Origin: Ranitomeya imitator
Lineage: Eukaryota
Length of the DNA stretch: 64,000 nucleotides
Assembly (NCBI RefSeq): GCF_032444005.1
Contig: NC_091285.1
Location: 298,716,001 to 298,780,000 of the forward strand
Reading direction: 5' to 3'
Below the pieces are notes generated by a model. The model did not search any database, had not been told where the DNA came from, and saw only the letters and a program-made list of their open reading frames with translations. This document shows, piece by piece, positions 1-10,729 of this stretch (the stretch's first letter is position 1; each line of letters begins with the position of its first letter). The position numbers and the translations under genes are program-made.

Positions 1-217
1 GTAATAACATGAAGATCAATGTGCTGAAAATATTAATTAACTGGGCTTTAAACTAAGAATACCTACAGATAGCCTCTGCATACATAATAGGAGAATTAAT
101 ATAGTAGTGCCATTTCAGGGAATAACTATTTATATGCTACAATGAAACTATATCGCCCCATCGAGTAAAAATCTATTCCACTAATGATAAATTACTCATA
201 TATAATGCATTTCTTAA

Positions 218-2080
218 AGCGGATCTGTCACCAGATTTCACACTACAAAATGCTCATATTATTAACTAGATCACATCATTTATTTAGAAGTTTTTTTTAG
301 CAGATCCACTTCAAAATCTCCTGAAACATTGCTAAAAAACGCTTCCCATCCACTTCTATTATAAAACCAATTTGCTCTTCATCTGTTCCATCTTTTAAGC
401 ATTTTTTGATCAGCTTCAGGGTTGGAAAAATGATTACACTAAGTCATGAATATGTGCAAAACACCTCCAAGGTACTAATGAAACAACACTACCAGAGATA
501 TTAAATCCTTGTACACGAAAGCACCAATGCTGAACTTTGTTAAAGCAATTTAAGCATTATTATAGCAAAAATATGAAAAAAATAAAAGAACAAGCAAAAG
601 GTATCAATGATTTGTAGCAAACAAATATCCCAGGTCTCTCAATGCAGATCTATATAGTAACCAAAAATTTCCAATATTATAAGGGCAAATTAATAATAAT
701 GCTGTTACAGCATTATTATTAGTTTGCCATTCAATAGATTGGTAAAGTGCATAGTGCTAAAATAAGTGCAAGAATCTTGGCCCAGAAATGTCAATAATGT
801 GATAACAACTGAATAGTGATAACACAGTACACTATAAAGATAGTGCGAGGTGCAATAAAAGATTTTGCCTATTTTGTATCAATTAAGTATAAACGTCTAC
901 AATGCCTTAGTAAAAAAAAAAAAGAGGGGGAGGCAATGATGGAGCTCTATATGCCAGTATATAAAGTGCAAGTGGGCGGTATCCCAGGTATACGCGGGTC
1001 TCTCTTGCTACAACAGTAAGTTACAATCTGGAATTACTTTCACTGTTTATGTCTATTCTATTCATTCATATTTTGGGTTGCCTACAGTGACAAATGAGGT
1101 CAAACTTTTGTGTAGACCTCTGGTAATAGAAAAGGCACTTGCACTTTATATACTGATATACAGGACCCTATGATGCCCCCACCCCTTTTTTTACTGTGGC
1201 ATGGTACCCATCTTTACTTGATACAAAATAAGGAAAATCTTTGCAATGTTTATTGCACCTTGCACTTTCTTTGTAGTGTTATCACTATTCAGTTATTATC
1301 ACATTATTTAAATTTCTAAGGAAAATTTTTTAGCACTATGCACTTTGCTAATCTATTGGACACCGTTATTATGCATTTGCCCTTATAATATTGGAATATT
1401 TTTGGTGACTATATTGATCTGAATTGAGAGACCTGGCATCTCTGCCTTCTACAAATCATTGATAACTTTGCTTGCTCTTTTAATTTTTTCAGATATTTGA
1501 TACAATAATAAAGCTTGAATTATTTTAACCAACTTCGGCACTGTCTAATCAAAAAGCTGAAAAATAAAACTCAAACCTCTCCTAAAATGTTTAAAAACTC
1601 GTCAAAGCCTCTTCAAAAAATGAAAAACAGATGCAAAAAATAAGCATTTCCAGCATCATTTTACACTAGAAAACTTGATGTTTTTTGACTGCCTAACAAC
1701 ATCTGTGCTAACATGCTCTTAGACTGGATAAGAATGCCATTTCAGAATGGCTGTACAATCCTTTATGAAAATTTTATGCTATTAAAGTTTACATTTCTGA
1801 CCAATAAGCCTCAGTGACAGCTCCACAGTGTCCCATCTTTTTGCTGTTGCTGGGATCTCACACTGCTCCATACAAGCTGCAGCTGTTAGGTTGGGTAAGA
1901 CAAGACCGAATACATTTAGCCTCATTTGCTCTCTCACCCTATAGCTGAGCTTATTAAATTCTCATATTGATAACAGGATTATACTGCCATATTGACATGG
2001 GTAAGTGTATCTGTCTCATCTAGGAACTATATTTAATAATTTATCTAGCCTGAATTGAAAAATCTTGTGACAGATCTGCT
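218..2080. mobile_element. T2/Kolobok-type MITE shell (TTAA target) containing nested insertions
   Basis: TTAA at 214-217, then AGCGGATCTGTCACCAGATTT. The right end AAATCTTGTGACAGATCTGCT (ends 2080) is its reverse complement at 19/21 positions and is followed by ATAA (mutated TTAA). Confidence 0.55.
525..1543. repeat. Diverged fold-back (long inverted repeat), arms ~460 bp, loop ~986-1137
   Basis: Left-arm motifs (caatgctgaactttgttaaag, ccaatattataagggcaaat, gtatataaagtgcaagtg) have reverse-complement counterparts in reverse order at 1137-1543 (cacttgcactttatatac, atttgcccttataatattgg, ttaaccaacttcggcactg). Confidence 0.7.
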
Positions 2081-2212
2081 ATAAACCTGATGATCTATCT
2101 ATTTACCTAGCTATTTGTTTTTGGCATCTGAGCTGAGCTTTTTGGAAGAGGAGTATAAGCTGATCTTGAACTATGGCTCATTGATCACCTTATAAGATTT
2201 ACATAATGTAAC

Positions 2213-3273
2213 TGTTAGGGGTCGAGTTCCTGCCTCTGCACAGGGGGAATCTCGGGCCATCTCCGCTGCGGTCTCCCATTCTTCTCCTGCCGCAGTGGAG
2301 TCTGCTCAGCAGAGACGTCGATCCCAGCGTCTCGCTCAGTCTGACTCTGTGCTTAGAGTTACTGCTGCGTTTCCTGCTTCTCCCATTGAAGTCAGTGCTG
2401 GGCAGCGGCGAGCGGACGTTTCTGGGGCTAAGTCCTGCTTTTTACATTCTGAGCATGCCCAGAGTAAGATCTCTCAGTGGAGATCGAGGGTCACATGATC
2501 AGATACTGCAGCTAAGGTCCTTGTAGCTGCTAGGACTAAATCCTGCTTTGCACTCTGAGCATGCCCAGGGCGAGATCTCTCAGTGGAGATCCAGGGTCAC
2601 ATGCTCAGGTGCTGCACCACTCCATTGGTCCTTCTTTGGAAGGTCCTAAACATGCTGCAGCTATTTAAGCCTCGCATGGCCGCACGGCCATGCGCTAGTA
2701 TTGTCTTGTAAATATGTGTGTGTGTTGTGAGTGAAAGTCGCTCTTTAAATAACCCTCCCTATTGAATGTCTGTTCGCGGAAGGTGTATGTTTGCTATCTA
2801 GCGCCCGACTTATCCAACAGCACGAAACACACATTACAGCTACCAGTTGCTGTGTCCGCCAGTACGGCACCGTGCGCTTGCTCTGCGCTTTCCTGACCCA
2901 AGCCTGGGTGGTTAGTGGCGTCCGTCAGTGCGGCACCGCACGCACTCTTGTGCCTTTATATTACTATTTATGTTCCTCTGACACACCCAGTTGCGGTGTT
3001 GTGCCAGCAAGTGTCTAATCGGACTTCAATCCTGTGTAGGGGTTGAGTCCGCTGACTTCTTGCTCGCGCTTTATGTGCGGTACTGCGGTCCTGTGACGCA
3101 ACAGGATCGCTTCCTTCACGCAGGGTGAAGTTAACCCATGTGTGTATACTTAGTACCGCCATATAGTCCGTCTTACTAGCAGCAGGGTCTTTTACCTGCA
3201 CGGTGGACCTCGGACGGCGAACGCACCTAATACCATTACACCTTATACTTGGTGCGTTCCGCCAGTCCTAACA
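2213..3273. mobile_element. Solo LTR (1061 bp) of an LTR retrotransposon, superfamily not assignable
   Basis: TGTTAGG...CCTAACA termini, perfect 5-bp TSD GTAAC (2208-2212 and 3274-3278), no internal coding region. Related to the solo LTR at 52375-53215. Confidence 0.9.
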
Positions 3274-3863
3274 GTAACTCACCTGAGTTTGTATCCCAAG
3301 GAATGCTGAAGAAGAGCATGATTTAGACCAGTAGCACCACAAGTACTATGGAGCAGGATGATCACTTATTTCAATTCCAGTACCACATGGAAATGGAATA
3401 GAGCAACACTTGTGTGATAGTGGTGGGGTCATTTCATGGGTAAAATTGCATACCCTAATAAACTTTTGATAAATCAATTTCCAAATCCTAGAGTAAAGAG
3501 ATATATTTTTTGGAATAGTTTTCATTTAATCAATAAGGAAAGCAGTATCCAGCTCCACATGTCCCATAAACACATATTATATTGAAGATCATTAAAAAGG
3601 TAATGTTCAGCGTGAAAATTAACTCACCCTATAAGATTCTCTGCAAAAAACGACATACTTTATGGGAATGTTTTATCTTCAAGCTTATATCTTACTAAGC
3701 ACTTGGAAATGGAAAAAACCTGGCTACATATGGTTGGCCTTAATAAATGCGGATATCGGACATGCACATACTGTGGTCATATAGAGAAAACTATTGAATT
3801 CATTTCAACCTCCACCAACAAGTCAGATAAAATCAATAAATGCATAAATTGTAATACTACATA

Positions 3864-5469
3864 CAGTGGGGCAAAAAAGTATTTAGTCAGTCAGCAATAG
3901 TGCAAGTTCCACCACTTAAAAAGATGAGAGGCGTCTGTAATTTACATCATAGGTAGACCTCAACTATGGGAGACAAACTGAGAAAAAAAAATCCAGAAAA
4001 TCACATTGTCTGTTTTTTTAACATTTTATTTGCATATTATGGTGGAAAATAAGTATTTGGTCAGAAACAAACAATCAAGATTTCTGGCTCTCACAGACCT
4101 GTAACTTCTTCTTTAAGAGTCTCCTCTTTCCTCCACTCATTACCTGCAGTAATGGCACCTGTTTAAACTTGTTATCAGTATAAAAAGACAACTGTGCACA
4201 CCCTCAAACAGTCTGACTCCAAACTCCACTATGGTGAAGACCAAAGAGCTGTCAAAGGATACCAGAAACAAAATTGTAGCCCTGCACCAGCCTGGGAAGA
4301 CTGAATCTGCAATAGCCAACCAGCTTGGAGTGAAGAAATCAACAGTGGGAGCAATAATTAGAAAATGGAAGACATACAAGACCACTGATAATCTCCCTCG
4401 ATCTGGGGCTCCACGCAAAATCCCACCCCGTGGGGTCAGAATGATCACAAGAACGGTGAGCAAAGATCCCAGAACCACGCGGGGGGACCTAGTGAATGAA
4501 CTGCAGAGAGCTGGGACCAATGTAACAAGGCCTACCATAAGTAACACACTACGCCACCTTGGACTCAGATCCTGCAGTGCCAGACGTGTCCCACTGCTTA
4601 AGCCAGTACATGTCCGGGCCCGTCTGAAGTTTGCTAGAGAGCATTTGGATGATCCAGAGGAGTTTTGGGAGAATGTCCTATGGTTCGATGAAACCAAACT
4701 GGAACTGTTTGGTAGAAACACAACTTGTCGTGTTTGGAGGAAAAAGAATACTGAGTTGCATCCATCAAACACCATACCTACTGTAAAGCATGGTGGTGGA
4801 AACATCATGCTTTGGGGCTGTTTCTCTGCAAAGGGGCCAGGACGACTGATCCGGGTACATGAAAGAATGAATGGGGCCATGTATGGTGAGATTTTGAGTG
4901 CAAACCTCCTTCCATCAGCAAGGGCATTGAAGATGAAACGTGGCTGGGTCTTTCAACATGACAATGATCCAAAGCACACCATCAGGGCAACGAAGGAGTG
5001 GCTTCGTAAGAAGCATTTCAAGGTCCTGGAGTGGCTTAGCCAGTCTCCAGATCTCAACCCTATAGAAAACCTTTGGAGGGAGTTGAAAGTCTGTGTTACC
5101 AAGCGAAAAGCCAAAAACATCACTGCTCTAGAGGAGATCTGCATGGAGGAATGGGCCAACATACCAACAACAGTGTGTGGCAACCTTGTGAAGACTTACA
5201 GAAAACGTTTGACCTCTGTCATTGCCAACAAAGGATATATTACAAAGTATTGAGATGAAATTTTGTTTCTGACCAAATACTTATTTTCCACCATAATATG
5301 CAAATAAAATGTTAAAAAAACAGACAATGTGATTTTCTGGATTTTTTTTTCTCAGTTTGTCTCCCATAGTTGAGGTCTACCTATGATGTAAATTACAGAC
5401 GCCTCTCATCTTTTTAAGTGGTGGAACTTGCACTATTGCTGACTGACTAAATACTTTTTTGCCCCACTG
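3864..5469 (+). mobile_element. Full-length Tc1-family transposon (IR/DR type, ~208-bp TIRs), copy 1
   Basis: TA|CAGTGGGGCAAAAAAGTATTTAGTCAG...CTGACTAAATACTTTTTTGCCCCACTG|TA. TIRs span 3864-4071 and 5262-5469, each with outer and inner AAGTATTT.GTCAG direct repeats. Central transposase ORF. Confidence 0.97.
4231..5253 (+). CDS. Tc1 transposase, DD34E, 340 aa
   Basis: N-terminal HTH region and GAPRK linker; WFDETK (D), QHDNDPKH (D) and [11 protein letters not shown] (E), with 34 residues between the second D and the E. ORF is uninterrupted. Confidence 0.96.
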   Translation: MVKTKELSKDTRNKIVALHQPGKTESAIANQLGVKKSTVGAIIRKWKTYKTTDNLPRSGAPRKIPPRGVRMITRTVSKDPRTTRGDLVNELQRAGTNVTRPTISNTLRHLGLRSCSARRVPLLKPVHVRARLKFAREHLDDPEEFWENVLWFDETKLELFGRNTTCRVWRKKNTELHPSNTIPTVKHGGGNIMLWGCFSAKGPGRLIRVHERMNGAMYGEILSANLLPSARALKMKRGWVFQHDNDPKHTIRATKEWLRKKHFKVLEWLSQSPDLNPIENLWRELKVCVTKRKAKNITALEEICMEEWANIPTTVCGNLVKTYRKRLTSVIANKGYITKY

Positions 5470-5589
5470 TATGTGGTGTATTGGCTATCCTGTTTGTCCT
5501 GTAATATTCAATAAGTGGGCTGCACTACCAATCAATTGAAAGTAAGGATTAGACTCCATCTATCTGATGCCGCAAGTAAAAAGACTTAA

Positions 5590-6700
5590 GGGTATGTTCA
5601 CACGTTCCTGATTTCCATCCTTTTTTTTTCAGGACTGGTTTTTAAAAAACTTCAGCTCTTGGCAGAAAACGCAGGTCCTTTTTTTGGTCCTTTTTTTGTC
5701 CTTTTTTGATGCGTTTTTTGATCCTTTTTTTTTATCCTTTTTTTTATGCAGTTTTCTATGCAGTTAAAATNNNNNNNNNNNNNNNNNNNNNNNNNNNNNN
5801 NNNNNNNNNNNNNNNNNNNNNNNNNNNNNNNNNNNNNNNNNNNNNNNNNNNNNNNNNNNNNNNNNNNNNNNNNNNNNNNNNNNNNNNNNNNNNNNNNNNN
5901 NNNNNNNNNNNNNNNNNNNNNNNNNNNNNNNNNNNNNNNNNNNNNNNNNNNNNNNNNNNNNNNNNNNGGAAAAAAAAATTCTTAATTTTTTTTTTATTGT
6001 CCCTACCTATGGGGGTGACAAAGGGGGGGGGGGTGTCATTTACTATTTTTTTTTATTTTGATCACTGAGATATGTTATATCTCAGTGATCAAAATGCACT
6101 TTGGAACGAATCTGCCGGCCGGCAGATTTGGCGGGCGCACTGCGCATGCGCCCGCCATTTTGCAAGATGGCGGCGCCCAGGGAGAAGACGGCCGGACGGA
6201 CACCGGGACACCGGGTAAGTATAAGGGGGGGAGATTAGGGCACGGGGGGGCATCGGAGCACTGGGGGGGGCATCAGAGCACGGGGCGGTGGGATTGGAGC
6301 ACGGGGGGCGGGATCGGAGCACGGGGGGGCAGCCACACTCCGCCCACGCACTTCCGCCCGCTTCCCCGCACTTCCTGCTGCAGCGGTTCGGCACCACAAA
6401 CCGCAGTAAAACCCGCAGATATTTTTTTCATCTGCGGGTTTTACTGCGGGTTTGACCTCACAATGGAGGTCAATGGGTGCAGAACCGCTGCGGCTCCGAA
6501 AAAAGAAGTGACATGGTACTTCTTTTTTCCCGCAGCTATTCAGCGCGTTTTTTTTTTTTTATTTTCCGCATTGTGGGCACAGCAGTTCCTGTTTTCCATA
6601 GGGTACAATGTAATGTACCCTGCATGGAAAACAGCTGCGGACCCGCAGCGGGAAAATCGCGGCAATTCCGCATGAAAAAAAGGATCGTGTGAACATGGCC
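5590..6700. mobile_element. PIF/Harbinger-like MITE spanning the assembly gap
   Basis: TAA|GGGTATGTTCACACG ... CGTGTGAACATGGCC|TAA (3-bp TWA target). The two ends flank a gap, so they could belong to two separate copies. Confidence 0.6.
5771..5967. other. Assembly gap (197 N)
   Basis: Run of n characters. Confidence 1.
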
Positions 6701-7126
6701 TAAATGTTCATCTTCGAGTCGCTTTTCATTACAACATAATGGGGATAGCTCTAGATGTAGGGTTACCGGCATTGAAAGAGTCTCTAAACCGTTGAGAGGT
6801 GGCAATCACCATCGAAAACTCCTAAATTGGTAATCTCGGTGGACCTATGTGTTACAAACTACAGCCCATTTGGTGATGAATATTAAAAAAGAACTTACAT
6901 ATCACTTATGTATGATAGATTTAAATATATGTTATTTGATTGTGAAGAATTTATATGGAGAGAAATAGTATTGTTTACGTGTTTCATTTTTTATTTTAAA
7001 TTATGGACACCTTATTGTATGCGGGTTTTTAGCAGGTGAGGAACGGCATTTATGATTGGTTGTATTTGAACACCTGACCTAGGCAGGATGTTGTATATAA
7101 GTTTGATGTTAATGCCAATGTGGTAT

Positions 7127-7164
7127 GCAATGACTAAGAACGACAAGGTTTGAAACGCGTCTGC
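7127..7164 (+). ncRNA. Degenerate minimal type I hammerhead ribozyme motif in the Penelope pLTR
   Basis: GCA-ATGACTA-A-GAAC-GACAAG-GTTT-GAAAC-GC-GT-C-TGC. Helix I is GCA/TGC, helix II is GAAC/GTTT, helix III is the palindromic ACGCGT. The core differs from CTGANGA at two positions, so it is probably inactive. Confidence 0.5.
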
Positions 7165-9019
7165 CCAAGTATATAACCCAAATATGGGGGTTTGTGACTT
7201 TTCATGCTGAACATTACCTTTTTAATTATCTTCAATAAAATACGTTTTTATGGGACATGTGGAGCTGGATACTGTTTTCCTTATCTGTTGGCTTTCCCTG
7301 CTGCACTAGTCACTGCGTGCTCCGGATCCCTGACTTCTAATGGGTGAGCTGACTCATTTCTTTTCCTAGGCATTTATAGTTTTCATTTAAGTGAGGATTA
7401 GTGACTGTAATGCAAGCGTCATTTTGCCTGGTGTCCAGAAAGGAACACACAGATGCTAAATGCAATAGTTATAGATGGGAAGAGCACATATAGACCACAA
7501 TTCAAGTTTATGAAAACATTTTTTGTCAAGACAGTGTCATTTGTAAAAGGAGCTTTAGTAAATGAAATATTTGTATTCTTGTTTATATTTCAGAAGTGTC
7601 AAGGAAAGTAATATAACACTCACTTATCATTTACATAAAGTTTTTGTGGATTTCTACCTGTCTTGCAGTTAATCTTTCATAAAGGTTTGTAAGAAAAATA
7701 ATTACAAATCAGCAAGGATAACATTATTTAATATGAATTGTATCCAAGTCATTCTTTCTCTAATGCCGGCACGTACAGGTAACCACCCATCTTCATGGAC
7801 TCTAAATTAAAGGATATTTGCCTGTCAGGTACTTCGTTTACCCTTGTCATGTCCTTACAAGAAAACCAATTAAGACAAAGGTGATGGGAACATAAGCAAC
7901 TATAGATGTGCAAGCACTTTCCTAGCAGCCCATGAAAGACAAGGAAAGACACAATGGTTGTTTAGCAAGGTCCAATCAATGGTTTCAAATAGTATGGCAA
8001 ATCCCAGAGTGGGCTGCTTAGCAAGGTGACATTCTCGATCATATTAATCCAAGTCAGGTGAGCCCAGCTCTCAAGAAAATGCTCCACATTCATAATGTGC
8101 TTTGTATTAAATGATCCGGTTACAATTGATTGCGTTTAACACAGAGACTGTGTGCGATGTTAGTAAATGTTTGTTTTCTGCAAATGCTTCCAAGCATCAC
8201 ACATCCCAAATATATTTACTTCTGGTTTTAAGCATCTAGACACGTTCCAAATGTTTTCATCCAATGTTAAGCTGCAAAGCTATAAACAGTTTATAATGCT
8301 AAGTGGCACTAATGAAAAGAGACTGCCACCTAGCCTTGTGCCTACGACTAAGCCAGAAAAAGGCATTTACTTACTAGTGAATAAATACAGCCTGAATGTA
8401 GAATGCGGAGCTTACACCCCCTGCTCTCACTTTTGATATTTCTTTTAAGTGTTTCTTTTCTTTACATGGAAAATATTACGTTTTACATTAATAGTGAATC
8501 AGACCAACACTGTTCGTTAGAAATTTAATTTCATCTAATATTTTTGCAGTTCAATGCAATACATGCAGTTAGGAAAAACATTGGTTTCTAAAACCTTATA
8601 GTTCATGAAGACCCTTGGATCAAATCATTTTATGTGAATATCTACCCTGCTGAACTAATCTCCTCATAAGTCACCATGAAACTATGCTACCACAGTGCTG
8701 AAATTCATTGCTTTTGTGCTCTGATGTGTTTACAGAAATTGCGTTCTGAGCACACATTCACAGGAAAGTAGATATTAAAAAGCATTACAGTACTGTGCTG
8801 AACAAACAGTAAGGAGACATAAGGGTTGAAATATTTAGTTGAAAGTGACTACCCAAGGGGAGATATTTACTGTAAATGGTATCACTAATGTCCTTAATAA
8901 TTATTTTACTTCTCAGTCTCTATTGCAGTAGGTCCTGGGCCACATCGATATAATACTTGGGTCATAATTACTCTCATCAAAGGGGAGAAATGTAATTTTT
9001 TTCATGTTAACTTCTTTAA

Positions 9020-9345
9020 CCTCTTCACGACCTTAGACGTATATATTATTCATGCAAGTTGGGCAGCACTTAATGACCTTGGACATATTGATACGTCCTG
9101 GTAATTTTATGCACACAGGAGGTGTGCGTGCGATCGCTGCTGGATGTTCAGCTAACATTATAGCTGACACCAAGCTCTCAATGTCAGGAACCATGCCCGC
9201 ACCGCTCCTGGAAGTTTAAACCCCTGAATGCTGCAACCGATATCGATAGCACCATTTAGAAGGCAGGGAGAGGGAGGCCGCTCCCTTTCCCCTCTGATCA
9301 GCATTCCTGTGACAACATCACGAGGGGCTGATTGTTGCCATAGCA
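9020..9345. mobile_element. Left arm of a piggyBac-type MITE (truncated)
   Basis: TTAA|CCTCTTCACGACC start resembles the TTAA|CCCCTT..GACC termini of the other piggyBac MITEs here. No matching right end found. Confidence 0.5.
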
Positions 9346-9913
9346 ACCCAATGTTACCCAGGGCCGCACTTAGTAACCCGATGTTTACCCTGGTTACCAG
9401 CGTAAATGTAAAAAAAAACAAACACTACATACTTACCTTCCGGTGTCTGTCCACCGGCGCTGTGCATCTCTGCACTGACTGTGAGCGCCAGCCGGAAAGC
9501 ACAGCGGTGACGTCACCGCTGTGCTCTGCTTTCCGGCTGGCCGGCGCTCACAGTGCAGAGAAAAACAGCGCCGGAGGACAGACAGCGGAAGGTAAGTATG
9601 TAGTGTTTTTTTTTTTTTACGTGTACACTGGTAACCAGGGTAAACATCGGGTTACTAAGCGTGGCCCTGCGCTTAGTAACCCGATGTTTACCCTGGTTAC
9701 TAGTGAAGACATCGCTGAATTGGCGTCACACATGCCGATTCAGCGATGTCTGCAGGGAGTCCAGCAACGAAATAAAGTTCTGGACTTTCTGCACTGACCA
9801 ACGATGGCACAGCAGGATCCTGATCGCTGCTGCCTGTCAAACTGAACGATATCGCTATCCAGGACGCTGCAACGTCACGGATCAATAGCGATATCGTTCA
9901 GTGTGAAGGTGCC
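9346..9913. mobile_element. Right portion of a Harbinger-like MITE with internal palindrome
   Basis: Ends gatatcgttcagtGTGAAGGTGCC|TTTA. Internal inverted repeat 9359-9442 / 9586-9669. Confidence 0.55.
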
Positions 9914-10729
9914 TTTACGCTTTAATGTATGAGACTAGTCAATTTCTTTGACTCAGCATCTCAATCTCCTAATTGATTGTAAATCAGAACCACACAACCA
10001 TTGACATCCAATGCCATTACTACTTACATGAGTCAGAGTTGACACCTACCCAAATCCTAATACTGAATTACAAAATCTTGCACATGCAGCTTTCAAAAAG
10101 CCAAGGTTTTGCAAGCCAGTATTTGCAGGATTAAAACAATCAATAGACAGCAATAAAAGGCCCAGTTCATTCAATAAAGCCACAAGACAGCAACATTGAA
10201 ACCTAAAATAAATTGCATAAAAACTTACTGGAGAAAGGCTCAATAATGCAAAGTATATCTGATTCTTTTTGCACTGATTGTGTGATTGTCAAATTAATAG
10301 TACTACAGTACAATTGGGATCCCCACTACACTAGAGACATGACCACACTTGCTGTATCCAGTCCCTTTCCAACTAAATCAATAGGGGTTATTAACTGCTA
10401 AGTGAGAGTAGTAAGCTTTCTGCCTAACTTCTAAGGATCTAATTGCAAAATAAAACACAATGTTGCCAACCTCTACCTGGTCTGTGCTGCTCCCTTAGGC
10501 AGTACTCCCAGACTTGAAATGTCTGATTAGTATGTCATAAATTTCAACTTTAGGATATTCCTTATAATTTTTACTTTTAATTTTCAGACCTGATTGAAAT
10601 TGGCAGCCTTTCGGTATGTAGTTTACAATATACCGGTATATATAATCGCAGTAGCTTAGTATGTAATACCTAAAAAGAAACATATTTCCACTTTAAAATC
10701 TAGGTCAAACTATAGACAAAGAGATTAAA

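Larger units (their letters stand above)
3730..6880 (+). pseudogene. GIY-YIG endonuclease remnant of a Penelope-like element
   Basis: Removing the Tc1 (3864-5469) and MITE (5590-6700) joins CGYRTCTYCGHIEKT..INCNTTY|VVYWLSCLSCNIQ*VGCTTNQLKVRIRLHLSD..|..GIERVSKPLRGGNHHRKLLNW*SRWTYVLQT. This shows a Cys-rich linker, a VVY..(Y)VG GIY-YIG-type motif and the conserved R..H. Stops and frameshifts are present. Confidence 0.78.
3534..7370 (+). mobile_element. 5'-truncated, decayed Penelope-like retroelement with inverted partial pLTR, interrupted by Tc1 and a MITE
   Basis: GIY-YIG endonuclease remnant (next feature). 3534-3618 is an inverted copy of 7199-7284, and a hammerhead-like motif lies at 7127-7164. 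Inverted pLTRs and hammerheads are known hallmarks of Penelope-like elements. Confidence 0.72.

Noticed and set aside
1945-2000. Exon-like segment with a strong acceptor and TGG|GTAAGT donor
   Set aside because: Stops in all three frames, and it lies inside the T2-type MITE shell.
3283-3454. Possible minus-strand exon whose donor (CAG|GTGAGTTAC) overlaps the solo-LTR target site
   Set aside because: All frames are closed with the obvious acceptor; shorter versions give no recognisable peptide.
4140-4880. 246-aa minus-strand ORF (mirrored at 58133-58873)
   Set aside because: Antisense shadow of the Tc1 transposase; no independent domain.
6058-6675. 205-aa ORF
   Set aside because: Low-complexity translation of a GC-rich MITE.
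7749-7952. Peptide DMTRVNEVPDRQISFNLESMKMGGYL looked exon-like
   Set aside because: Weak AAG acceptor and uncertain donor; not recognisable as any protein.
10046-10440. Two adjacent minus-strand segments with good splice-like signals
   Set aside because: One is closed in all frames; the other gives an unrecognisable peptide.
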